The position numbers and the translations under genes were made by a program. The notes beneath the pieces are model-generated. The model ran no database searches. It was given only the letters and a program-made list of their open reading frames with translations, and was not told the origin of the DNA. Of a stretch of 44,371 nt of DNA, positions 34,459 to 42,273 are shown piece by piece. Within the stretch, counting starts at the first letter, position 1. Each line of letters opens with the position of its first letter. Source of the stretch: Patescibacteria group bacterium (lineage in GTDB: Bacteria > Patescibacteriota > Patescibacteriia > UBA2591 > UBA6264); the NCBI GenBank assembly GCA_016784145.1, contig JADHVF010000002.1, forward strand, positions 178,357-222,727, in the 5' to 3' direction.

Positions 34459-35079
34459 ATGCCAATAAAGTCAAAAGAAAAAAAGAAAACAACCAAGCAA
34501 GTAACAAAACCAGTTAAAAAAACTGTGTCAAAAACTGTTGTCAAGAAAGTTGCTCCAAAGAAAAAAGTTGTGAAAAAGGTTGTAAAGAAAGTTGCTCCAA
34601 AGAAAAAAGTTGTGAAAAAGGTTGTAAAGAAAGTTGCTCCAAAGAAAAAAGTTGTAAAAAAAATTGCTCTAAAGAAAACAATCAAACAAGAACAAGTAAT
34701 TTGGGCTACTGGCAAGAGAAAAACATCTATTGCTAGAGTTATATTTTTTTCAAAAGGAAGCGGGGAAATATATGTAAATAAACAACCGTATAAAAAATAT
34801 TTTAATATATTAGAATTAAAAAACAAAGTTGTTTCTCCGATTGAATTATTAAAACAAGCAGATAATTTCCAGTTTAAAATAAAAGTTCAAGGAGGAGGAC
34901 AAACAGGACAAGCAGATGCTATTCTTTTAGGAATATCAAGAGCATTAATTAAATTTAACCCTGATTGGAGAAAAGAGCTAAAAGCAGCCGGATTTTTAAA
35001 AAGAGATGCTAGAAAAAAAGAAAGAAAAAAACCAGGATTAAAGAGAGCTAGAAGAGCTCCTCAATGGAAGAAGCGTTAA
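34459..35079 (+). CDS. rpsI: 30S ribosomal protein S9 with ~78-aa Lys/Val/Ala/Pro-rich N-terminal extension
   Basis: 206 aa. The C-terminal ~128 aa form a canonical S9 (GKRKTSIARV.., GGGQTGQADAILLGISRAL, GFLKRDARKKERKK.GLKRARRAPQW.KR). The N-terminus is a low-complexity repeat. Confidence 0.9.
   Translation: MPIKSKEKKKTTKQVTKPVKKTVSKTVVKKVAPKKKVVKKVVKKVAPKKKVVKKVVKKVAPKKKVVKKIALKKTIKQEQVIWATGKRKTSIARVIFFSKGSGEIYVNKQPYKKYFNILELKNKVVSPIELLKQADNFQFKIKVQGGGQTGQADAILLGISRALIKFNPDWRKELKAAGFLKRDARKKERKKPGLKRARRAPQWKKR
34549..34674 (+). repeat. In-frame 42-bp tandem repeat (14 aa, VAPKKKVVKKVVKK), two identical copies plus a diverged third
   Basis: Copies at 34549-34590 and 34591-34632 are identical. 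The third copy (34633-34674) diverges after about 23 nt. Confidence 0.9.
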
Positions 35080-35156
35080 TTTTTATAATTTCACTGATAG
35101 AATAATTTTGATAAAACGTCTTTATTGAGGACGTTTTATTGATTAATTTATTATAA

Positions 35157-36602
35157 ATGATTTCAACTGCAAAAAATACTTTTTATTTAGTTATTGCTTA
35201 TGTTTATCAAAAATTAATAGCTCTTTTATATTTTATTTTTTTAGCACGTTATCTGGGAGCAATTAATTTTGGAAAATACACTTTTGCAATTACTTTTGTT
35301 GCATTTTTTTCTATTTTAATAGACTTTGGGTTATTTCCGGTCTTAACAAGAGAAATTGCTAGGAATAAGTCAAATACAATTAAGTATTTTGGTAATATTT
35401 TATTATTTAGTATTATTATAGGTTTGGCCACATTTTTTTTAATATATTGGGTTGTTAATTTCTTTGAGTATGAGCCAATCCTTAAGACATTGGTTTATGT
35501 AAGTTTTTTAATAGTTTTTTTAGATACTTTGGCTCTTTTAATTTATCATGTTTTTAGAGGATTTTTAAATTTAAAATTTGAAAGCATTGGTATAATTGTT
35601 CACAAGACAGTAATGTTATTGTCTGGATTATTCTTAATTTATTTTAAAGCTGATTTGATTTGGCTCATGATGCCTCTTTTAATTGGAGCATTTTTTTATT
35701 TAGGAAATGCTATTTTCTTTTTAAAAAAAGAACTAAATATTTGGCCTATACCGAGATTTGATTGGCCAAAGTTAAAACCTTTATTGATTTTGGCTTGGCC
35801 TTTTTTTATAGCAATGCTTTTTGGCAAAATCTATGGCACTGCTGACACAATTTTACTTAAACATATTAGTGGAGATAAGTTTGTTGGCTGGTATATGGCT
35901 TCTCAAAAATTAGCTGTTTCGTTTTTAGTTTTAGTAGCTGGCTCATTGGGGACGGTTTTGTATCCTGCTTTTAGCTATTATTTTGTTAGGTCAAAAAAAT
36001 ATTTAAATGACTTGTTTCATAAAGGGATTTTTTATTTAATGTTTATTGCAATTCCATTGGTGTTTGGTTTCTTGTTATTGTCAAAAGAAATTATTTTATT
36101 TATTTATGGCAAAGATTATTTGTCAGCTAGATTTTCTTTAATTTTCATTTCTTTAGCAATCCCGTTTATGTTTTTTGATTATATAATAGCTGGCTTTTTA
36201 AATGCTTGTGACAAACAAAAAGCAAATACGCTTGTGCATGGTCTGGGAGCTGCTTTATTCGTTATTTTTAATTTAATTTTTATTCCTCTTTATCAACATA
36301 ATGGGGCTGCCTTATCTGTTTTGCTTGGCTTTTTTATGCTTTTCTTGTTTGAAGTTTATTTATCATCAAAAATTATTAAAATAAGATTTAAGTATTTTTT
36401 TAAAAAGATTGGCTTAAGTATAATTTGTTCAATCGCAATGATTGGCTTGCTTTTAGTAATAAAAGAAAAAGTTCATATTCTTATTTCAGTCAGTTCTGGC
36501 ATAATTGTCTATTTTGCTAGTGCCTTGTTATTTGGATTGATAACCAAACAAGAAATTATGTTTGTTAAAGATATTATTAAAATAAAAAAGAAAAATATAT
36601 GA
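35157..36602 (+). CDS. Polysaccharide/oligosaccharide flippase (Wzx-like, MOP superfamily)
   Basis: 481 aa with about 12-14 TM segments. The N-terminal pattern (..YQKLIALLYFIFLARYLGAINFGKYTFA..) is typical of polysaccharide biosynthesis (PST) proteins. It heads a glycosyltransferase operon. Confidence 0.6.
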   Translation: MISTAKNTFYLVIAYVYQKLIALLYFIFLARYLGAINFGKYTFAITFVAFFSILIDFGLFPVLTREIARNKSNTIKYFGNILLFSIIIGLATFFLIYWVVNFFEYEPILKTLVYVSFLIVFLDTLALLIYHVFRGFLNLKFESIGIIVHKTVMLLSGLFLIYFKADLIWLMMPLLIGAFFYLGNAIFFLKKELNIWPIPRFDWPKLKPLLILAWPFFIAMLFGKIYGTADTILLKHISGDKFVGWYMASQKLAVSFLVLVAGSLGTVLYPAFSYYFVRSKKYLNDLFHKGIFYLMFIAIPLVFGFLLLSKEIILFIYGKDYLSARFSLIFISLAIPFMFFDYIIAGFLNACDKQKANTLVHGLGAALFVIFNLIFIPLYQHNGAALSVLLGFFMLFLFEVYLSSKIIKIRFKYFFKKIGLSIICSIAMIGLLLVIKEKVHILISVSSGIIVYFASALLFGLITKQEIMFVKDIIKIKKKNI

Positions 36603-37840
36603 AATTAGAGATAGTAATGTTTAATATGTCTACTCACTCAGAAAGAAAGCAGGGAATTGTTAATCGTAATTATCATGTTGTTAAGAATTTATTAAACAAT
36701 GAATCAGTTGTTAGAATTTTTGCTGTTGATTTTTTACCCTTTACTTTTAAAAGGGCTTTGAGAATATTTTTTGAAAATATATTTTATAAACAAGAGGGCA
36801 AGGTTATTTATAGAGACATTACAACCAAGTGTGTTAAAAGTAATGAGTTTTCTACGGAACTTTATATTTTTTCGACCATTGATTCAATTTTTTCAAAACA
36901 AAAAGTAATTCAAAAAATTAATAAAATTTTAGATAAAATTAATGAGTCATCAAAAAATGCTAATAAAGAATTAAAAAGAATAACTTGGTCATATTCACCA
37001 ATGTTTGTTGATTATTTTTATAAACCAACCCAACCCAGCGGGATAAAATCAGATTTATTTATTTTTGATGCTGTTGACATTTGGACTCATCATCCATCTT
37101 TTTCATTATTTAAAAAAACATTAAAAGATAATTATTCAATCATTTCTCAAGCAAGCGACCTAATCTTTACGGTTTCCGAGAATCAGCTTAGTTTTTTTAA
37201 AAAATTAGGAGCTAAAAATGTTCATTGGATTGCAAATGGAGTTGATTTTAATTTTTTTGCAAAAGCAGAACAAACAAAGCCCTTAAAAGATTTAGACAAA
37301 ATAACCAGGCCAATTATTGGCTATGTTGGAACAATTCAAAACAGAATTGATTTGGATTTAATGGAATATCTTGCTAAAAAAAATCCAGACAAGTCATTTG
37401 TTTTAGTTGGTCCTATTTGGCCTGTTTTTTTAAGAAAATTCAGGAGGCCGGCTATTGAAATTAAAAAAATAAAAAAATATAAAAATATCTATTTTTTAGG
37501 GAGAAAATCGTACAAATTAACGCCACGTTATATCAATGGTTTTAATTTAGCAATTATTCCGCATAAATTAGATGAATTTATTAAATATACATATTCTTTA
37601 AAGGCCTTGGAATATTTGGCTTGTGGTAAGCCAGTTGTAACCACGCCTGCTTCTGGTGTGGAAAAGTTTTCCCATTTGATTTATATTGCTAAAGATTATG
37701 TTGATTTTAATAAAAAAATTGACTTGGCTCTTAAAAGTGATAAAATAGAAACAAGCCAGCAAAGAAAAAAAATTGCAGAAACTAAAGACTGGCAACCGAA
37801 AATTAAAAAAATGATAGAATTAATAAATCAAAAAATATGA
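36599..37840 (+). CDS. Glycosyltransferase, GT1/GT4-type (GT-B fold)
   Basis: 413 aa. The C-terminal half has GYVGTIQNRIDLDLM.., FLGRKSY..P.Y...FNLAIIPH and KALEYLACGKPVVTT. An ATGA overlap with the flippase stop suggests translational coupling. Confidence 0.6.
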   Translation: MKLEIVMFNMSTHSERKQGIVNRNYHVVKNLLNNESVVRIFAVDFLPFTFKRALRIFFENIFYKQEGKVIYRDITTKCVKSNEFSTELYIFSTIDSIFSKQKVIQKINKILDKINESSKNANKELKRITWSYSPMFVDYFYKPTQPSGIKSDLFIFDAVDIWTHHPSFSLFKKTLKDNYSIISQASDLIFTVSENQLSFFKKLGAKNVHWIANGVDFNFFAKAEQTKPLKDLDKITRPIIGYVGTIQNRIDLDLMEYLAKKNPDKSFVLVGPIWPVFLRKFRRPAIEIKKIKKYKNIYFLGRKSYKLTPRYINGFNLAIIPHKLDEFIKYTYSLKALEYLACGKPVVTTPASGVEKFSHLIYIAKDYVDFNKKIDLALKSDKIETSQQRKKIAETKDWQPKIKKMIELINQKI

Positions 37841-38697
37841 CCTTGTCTATTATTATTGTTAGTTGGAATGTTAAAGCCCTTGTTGAGGCATGTTTATTGT
37901 CTATTTTTAAAAATGCTAAAGAATTAAAATATGAAATAATCGTCATTGACAACAATTCAAAGGACGGTAGCCAAGATTTGTTAAAAAAAATAGAACAAGA
38001 CAATAATCAACTAAAAGTTGTTTTAAATAATAAGAATCTTGGTTTTTCAAAAGCAAATAATCAGGGGATTAGAAGAGCAAAGGGAAGATATATTTTATTG
38101 CTTAATCCTGACACTAAAATTTCAGGGATGTCTCTTCAAAAGGCAACTGATTTTATGGATAAAAATAAACAATGCGGAATTCTTGGTTCTAAAATAATAG
38201 GAGTTGATGATACTGTTCAGAATTCAATTAGAAAATTTCCAACCCCAATGTCTCAATTAATGATTTTTTTAAAATTCCATAGAATTTTTCCAAAATTAGG
38301 TGTTATTAATAGATATGTTCAGAAAAATTTTGATTATAATAAAATAGCAGAAGTTGATCAGGTCATGGGAGCATTTTTAATGACCAGAAAAAGTATTTTT
38401 GATAAGATTGGTTTGCTTGATGAAAATTTTTATTTATGGTTTGAGGAAGTTGATTTTTGTAAAAGAGTAAAATTGGCTGACTGGAAAATCATTTATAATC
38501 CAGATGTGAGAATTGTTCATTATGGAGCAGAAAGTTTTAAACAAATGCTTTCATTTTCAAAACAAAAAATATATACAACTAGTGCTCTTTATTATTTTCA
38601 AAAACATCATTCAATAAAACAATATTGGCCATTAATAATTTTTAGGCCGATAAGTTTGTTTTTAGCATTATTGGTTCAAATTTTCAAAATTAAATAA
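37837..38697 (+). CDS. Glycosyltransferase family 2
   Basis: 286 aa with LSIIIVSWN...L..CL.S, VIDNNSKDGS, NLGFSKANNQG, LLLNPDT and GAFLMTRK..FD.IGLLDENFYLWFEEVDFC.R. It has an ATGA overlap with the upstream gene. Confidence 0.8.
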   Translation: MTLSIIIVSWNVKALVEACLLSIFKNAKELKYEIIVIDNNSKDGSQDLLKKIEQDNNQLKVVLNNKNLGFSKANNQGIRRAKGRYILLLNPDTKISGMSLQKATDFMDKNKQCGILGSKIIGVDDTVQNSIRKFPTPMSQLMIFLKFHRIFPKLGVINRYVQKNFDYNKIAEVDQVMGAFLMTRKSIFDKIGLLDENFYLWFEEVDFCKRVKLADWKIIYNPDVRIVHYGAESFKQMLSFSKQKIYTTSALYYFQKHHSIKQYWPLIIFRPISLFLALLVQIFKIK

Positions 38698-38701
38698 TTT
38701 T

Positions 38702-40117
38702 ATGAAAACAAGCTCAAATGAACAAATTAGATTTATTGTTTATTTATTCATCATATTCCAGCTATTATCAATAATTGGTTATTATTGGCAGACAGTGAGA
38801 GCTGTTGTTTTTTTTATTATAATTCTATTGACAATAATTGCTTGTTCACGAAAAATAGAATATGGTTTTTTAATTTTATTTTTTGAATTTTTAGCAGGAC
38901 ATGGTGGACATTTGTTTGAAATGGCTGGGATTTCCTTAAGAACATCATTATTTTTGATTGTAGTTGGTTGGTGGTTATTCAAACAAGCAGATAAATATAA
39001 TTATAAAATTTTATTCACTTGGCCAAAATCACCAATTTTGGTTTTATATTTATTGCTAGGTTTTTTAGTTTTTAATGGATTAGTAAATGGCCTTAATTTT
39101 AATGACCCTGTCTTGGCAATTAAGGATGTGATGAATTATGCTTATCTTTTCTTGGTTTTTCCAATAATAGATATCTTAAAGAAGAATAATTTTAAAAAAG
39201 ATTTTTTAAAACTATCACAAGGAGCAATCATTGGTATTAGTTTTATTACTATTTTAATTTTTTTCTTTTTTATTTTAGATTTGGTAGAAGTCCATGATTC
39301 TTTTTATTGGTGGTGGAGAAGCGTGGCTACTGGTAAGGCAACTTTTACTGGTAACAATTTTTTTAGAATAGTTAGTCCGCTTCATTTATTGATTTTACCT
39401 GCTTTTTTAATTTTGTTGAGCTTGTTAACTAGTCCTAAATTAAAATCAAATAAAATAGTTTTTTTAGCAATAATTTGTAGTTTGGTTTTACTTTTGAATT
39501 TTTCTAGAGCATATTTTTTAGGAATGATTATTGGTATGATTTTTTTAATAAAAAACTGGCAATGGAAAAAATGGCTGGGCTTTTGTTTAATTGTGATTAT
39601 TGTTTTAATTCTTGAATTCACAGCTCTTTATGCCATTGCTAGCAAGGGACAAGCATTATCTGGTTTAAATTATTTTAAAGACAGAATGCACACTTTTGTT
39701 TCTCCTGAAGATGAAATGAGCTCTTTAACCAGAATGATTATTTTGCCAAATTTAATAACACAAATAAAGCAAAATCCTGTTTTTGGACAGGGGTTAGGAG
39801 CCAAAGTTTTCTTTGATGACCCAATTACAGGAGAAATTAAAAACACTTTTCATCTTGATTGGGGATATTTAGAAATATGGTTGGAATTGGGAATTTTTGG
39901 ACTAGTGACTTACGGGCTTATATTATTATTTATTTTTTATTATGCTTATAAAAAATTAAAGCACATTACCAGCATTTTTGAGCAAAGATTTATAATAGGA
40001 CTTTTGGCTGGGCTAGTCAGTATTGCGGTTTCTACTTTAACAGGCCCTTTTTTGTTTCATCCACTTGGCTTATTTTATTTAACTTTCACTTCTGCTTATA
40101 TAATAAATACAAAATAA
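38702..40117 (+). CDS. O-antigen ligase/polymerase-like (Wzy_C domain) polytopic membrane protein
   Basis: 471 aa with about 11-12 TM segments. LLLNFSRAYFLGMIIGMIF is followed by an extracytoplasmic loop containing NPVFGQGLGAKV....HLDWGYLEIWLELGIFG, the characteristic family pattern. Confidence 0.6.
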   Translation: MKTSSNEQIRFIVYLFIIFQLLSIIGYYWQTVRAVVFFIIILLTIIACSRKIEYGFLILFFEFLAGHGGHLFEMAGISLRTSLFLIVVGWWLFKQADKYNYKILFTWPKSPILVLYLLLGFLVFNGLVNGLNFNDPVLAIKDVMNYAYLFLVFPIIDILKKNNFKKDFLKLSQGAIIGISFITILIFFFFILDLVEVHDSFYWWWRSVATGKATFTGNNFFRIVSPLHLLILPAFLILLSLLTSPKLKSNKIVFLAIICSLVLLLNFSRAYFLGMIIGMIFLIKNWQWKKWLGFCLIVIIVLILEFTALYAIASKGQALSGLNYFKDRMHTFVSPEDEMSSLTRMIILPNLITQIKQNPVFGQGLGAKVFFDDPITGEIKNTFHLDWGYLEIWLELGIFGLVTYGLILLFIFYYAYKKLKHITSIFEQRFIIGLLAGLVSIAVSTLTGPFLFHPLGLFYLTFTSAYIINTK

Positions 40118-40123
40118 TATTAT

Positions 40124-41155
40124 ATGCAAAAAATTTCAGTACAAATTGTAACCTTTAATAGTAAGATTTTTTTAAAAGATTGTCTGAATTCTTTGTTTGC
40201 TCAGACGTTTAAGGATTTTTCTGTTTTAATTATTGATAACTGCTCAAAAGATGACTCATTAGAGTTTATTGAGAAAAATTATGCTAAACAAAAAGCAAAC
40301 AAAAAGTTGTTTGTTATGCAAAATTCTAAAAACTTAGGTTTTTCCAAGGCGCATAATTTAGGCATTAAAATAACAAATTCCGAGTTTGTTTTGGTTATGA
40401 ATCCAGACATTATCTTGTCTTCTAATTTTTTAAAAGAAATAATTAAATATATTGATAAAAAAAAGAGAATTGGTTGTGTTGGCGGAAAATTATTAAAAAT
40501 AATAAACAAGGATAGAGAAATAGGCATTAAAGAAAAAACAAATATTATTGACAGTACAGGCATAGCCATTATTAAGTCAACCAGAGCTTTTGATAGGGGA
40601 GAAGGGCAAATAGATAAAAAGCAATATGATAAGGAAAATAATATTTTTGGAGTTTCTGGCGCCTGTGCTTTGTATCGTCGTAAAGCACTTGAAGACATTA
40701 AAATGCCGGTCATGACTGCTGAAATAGGAGATAATTATGAATATTTTGACGAAGATTTTTTTGCTTACAAAGAAGATGTTGATTTGGCTTGGCGAATAAA
40801 ATTAAGAAAATGGAGAACAATTTATTGTCCTCAAGCAATTGCTTATCATTTTAGAGCAGGAGCTCCGTCAGGCAAAAAGTTTTCTCAATCTAAATTTGTT
40901 AATTATCTTTCTTTTAGAAATCATTTATGGTTTTTAATAAAAAATATTCATTTATCAAATTTTTTTATTCAATTTCACAGAATTTTTTTATACATATCAA
41001 TTAAAGGAATCTATTTATTTTATTTACAACCAAAAGTTTTAATTAAAAGTAATTCGTCTTTTTTTAAAGGGATTATTAAAATGTATAAAAAAAGGAGATA
41101 TATTTTAAAAAATGCCAGATTAAATGCTCAGCAAATAAAAATATGGTTTCAATAA
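40124..41155 (+). CDS. Glycosyltransferase family 2
   Basis: 343 aa with ISVQIVTFNS, IIDNCSKDDS, NLGFSKAHNLG, VMNPDI, GACALYRRKALEDI and EDVDLAWR. Confidence 0.8.
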   Translation: MQKISVQIVTFNSKIFLKDCLNSLFAQTFKDFSVLIIDNCSKDDSLEFIEKNYAKQKANKKLFVMQNSKNLGFSKAHNLGIKITNSEFVLVMNPDIILSSNFLKEIIKYIDKKKRIGCVGGKLLKIINKDREIGIKEKTNIIDSTGIAIIKSTRAFDRGEGQIDKKQYDKENNIFGVSGACALYRRKALEDIKMPVMTAEIGDNYEYFDEDFFAYKEDVDLAWRIKLRKWRTIYCPQAIAYHFRAGAPSGKKFSQSKFVNYLSFRNHLWFLIKNIHLSNFFIQFHRIFLYISIKGIYLFYLQPKVLIKSNSSFFKGIIKMYKKRRYILKNARLNAQQIKIWFQ

Positions 41156-41922
41156 TTATAGTCAACTACAATCAAAAAAATTTATTAAAACAATGTTTAA
41201 GAAATATATCAGAAGCAGATATTAAGATTGATTATGAGATTATTATTATTGATAATAATTCAGAAGATGAAAGCAAGGAGTTTTTAGCAGGACTTTATTC
41301 AGAACCAAATATTAACATTATTTTAAATAATACTAATAATGGATTTGCTATGGCAAATAATCAGGGGATTAGGTTGTCAAAATATAAGTATGTTTTAAGC
41401 TTGAATCCAGATGTTATTGTTCAGTCAGGCGCTATTGAAAAACTTTATAATTTCTTGGAAACAAATTCAGGTGCAGGAATTGTTGCCCCTCAGTTACTTA
41501 ATCCGGATAAAACAATTCAAAATTCTTGTTGTCGTTTTCCAAAATGGTATATTCCTATTTTAAGAAGAACATTTTTAGGGAAAATGCCAATTTTAAAAAA
41601 AGAATTATCTAAATACTTAATGCTTGATTTTGACCATCAACAAACTAGAGAAATTGATTGGGCGATTGGTGCTTGTTTGATGATTAGAAAAAAAATGTTA
41701 AATAAAATTGGCTTGTTTGATGAAAAATATTTTTTATATTTTGAAGATGTTGATTTAGCTCGCCGAGCATGGAAAGCAGACTTCAAAGTTCATTATTATC
41801 CAACCGCGGTTATGTTTCATTTTCATCAAAGAGTTTCAGCAGAGAAATCATTATGGTTGTCAATTTTTTCAAAAATAACCTGGATTCATATTGCCAGCGC
41901 TTTCAAGTATTTTTTGAAATAA
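41143..41922 (+). CDS. Glycosyltransferase family 2
   Basis: 259 aa with VSIIIVNYN, IIDNNSEDES, NNGFAMANNQG, SLNPDV, GACLMIRKKMLNKIGLFDEKYFLYFEDVDLARR. It overlaps the upstream gene by 13 nt. Confidence 0.8.
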   Translation: MVSIIIVNYNQKNLLKQCLRNISEADIKIDYEIIIIDNNSEDESKEFLAGLYSEPNINIILNNTNNGFAMANNQGIRLSKYKYVLSLNPDVIVQSGAIEKLYNFLETNSGAGIVAPQLLNPDKTIQNSCCRFPKWYIPILRRTFLGKMPILKKELSKYLMLDFDHQQTREIDWAIGACLMIRKKMLNKIGLFDEKYFLYFEDVDLARRAWKADFKVHYYPTAVMFHFHQRVSAEKSLWLSIFSKITWIHIASAFKYFLK

Positions 41923-41980
41923 TTAGTCCTTATCTTGATTTTATTTTGGTTTTTTGATATTATAAATATATTGTCATTGT

Positions 41981-42054
41981 TCCGGGGTCGTCTAATGGCA
42001 GGACGTCAGGTTTTGGTCCTGAAAATTGGGGTTCGAGTCCCTGCTCCGGAGCCA
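41981..42054 (+). tRNA. tRNA-Gln (anticodon UUG), CCA encoded
   Basis: Acceptor TCCGGGG/CTCCGGA with the U1-A72 pair and G73 discriminator typical of bacterial tRNA-Gln. D arm GTCT-AATGGCA-GGAC, anticodon arm TCAGG-TTTTGGT-CCTGA, T loop TTCGAGT. Confidence 0.85.
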
Positions 42055-42177
42055 TAAATCAGAACAAAGTTCTAATTTATGCCGTGAACCGAATTTATTC
42101 TGGTTCATGTAAATAATCAGTTAATGCCAAAAATTGTGTAAAATACGAAAAACATCTTTTTAAAAGTGTTTTTTTGT

Positions 42178-42207
42178 TTTACATTTTATTAGAAAAAGTG
42201 CTATAAT
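42178..42207 (+). promoter_or_regulatory. Candidate promoter for the DUF262/DUF1524 gene (TTTACA-18-TATAAT with TGc extension)
   Basis: The -35 TTTACA is at 42178-42183 and the consensus -10 TATAAT at 42202-42207, preceded by TG at 42199-42200. Confidence 0.45.
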
Positions 42208-42273
42208 TACAGTATACAAATATAATGTAAATAAAAAATTTAGCTAAATTTGTAATATGGAAAAAATTAATCT

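Noticed and set aside
34449-34826. 125-aa minus-strand ORF with striking FFGATFFTTFFTT repeats.
   Set aside because: It is the antisense reading of the Lys-codon-rich (AAG/AAA) repeat in rpsI. The plus-strand frame continues into an unmistakable S9 domain, so the minus ORF is an artefact of low-complexity sequence.
40279-40713. Antisense or alternative-frame ORFs of 60-144 aa from the track: 40279-40713(-), 11834-12226(-), 27565-27930(-), 14291-14590(-), 15616-15915(-), 466-669(+), 4117-4317(+), 8015-8491, 25295-27238(+), 43761-44026(-) and others.
   Set aside because: All lie entirely inside, or mostly overlap, strongly supported genes on the other strand or in another frame. They have no recognisable motifs and show the biased composition expected of antisense translation in AT-rich DNA.
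42055-42273. Mobile-element hallmarks (integrase, att repeat, transposase, IS inverted repeats) around the tRNA-Gln / GC-rich gene junction.
   Set aside because: No integrase or transposase ORF and no repeat of the tRNA 3' end is visible in the 2.3 kb available. Only two short hairpins and a terminator-like hairpin (about 42147-42176) are seen. The island hypothesis therefore rests on composition and position alone and is reported as a finding, not as a mobile_element feature.
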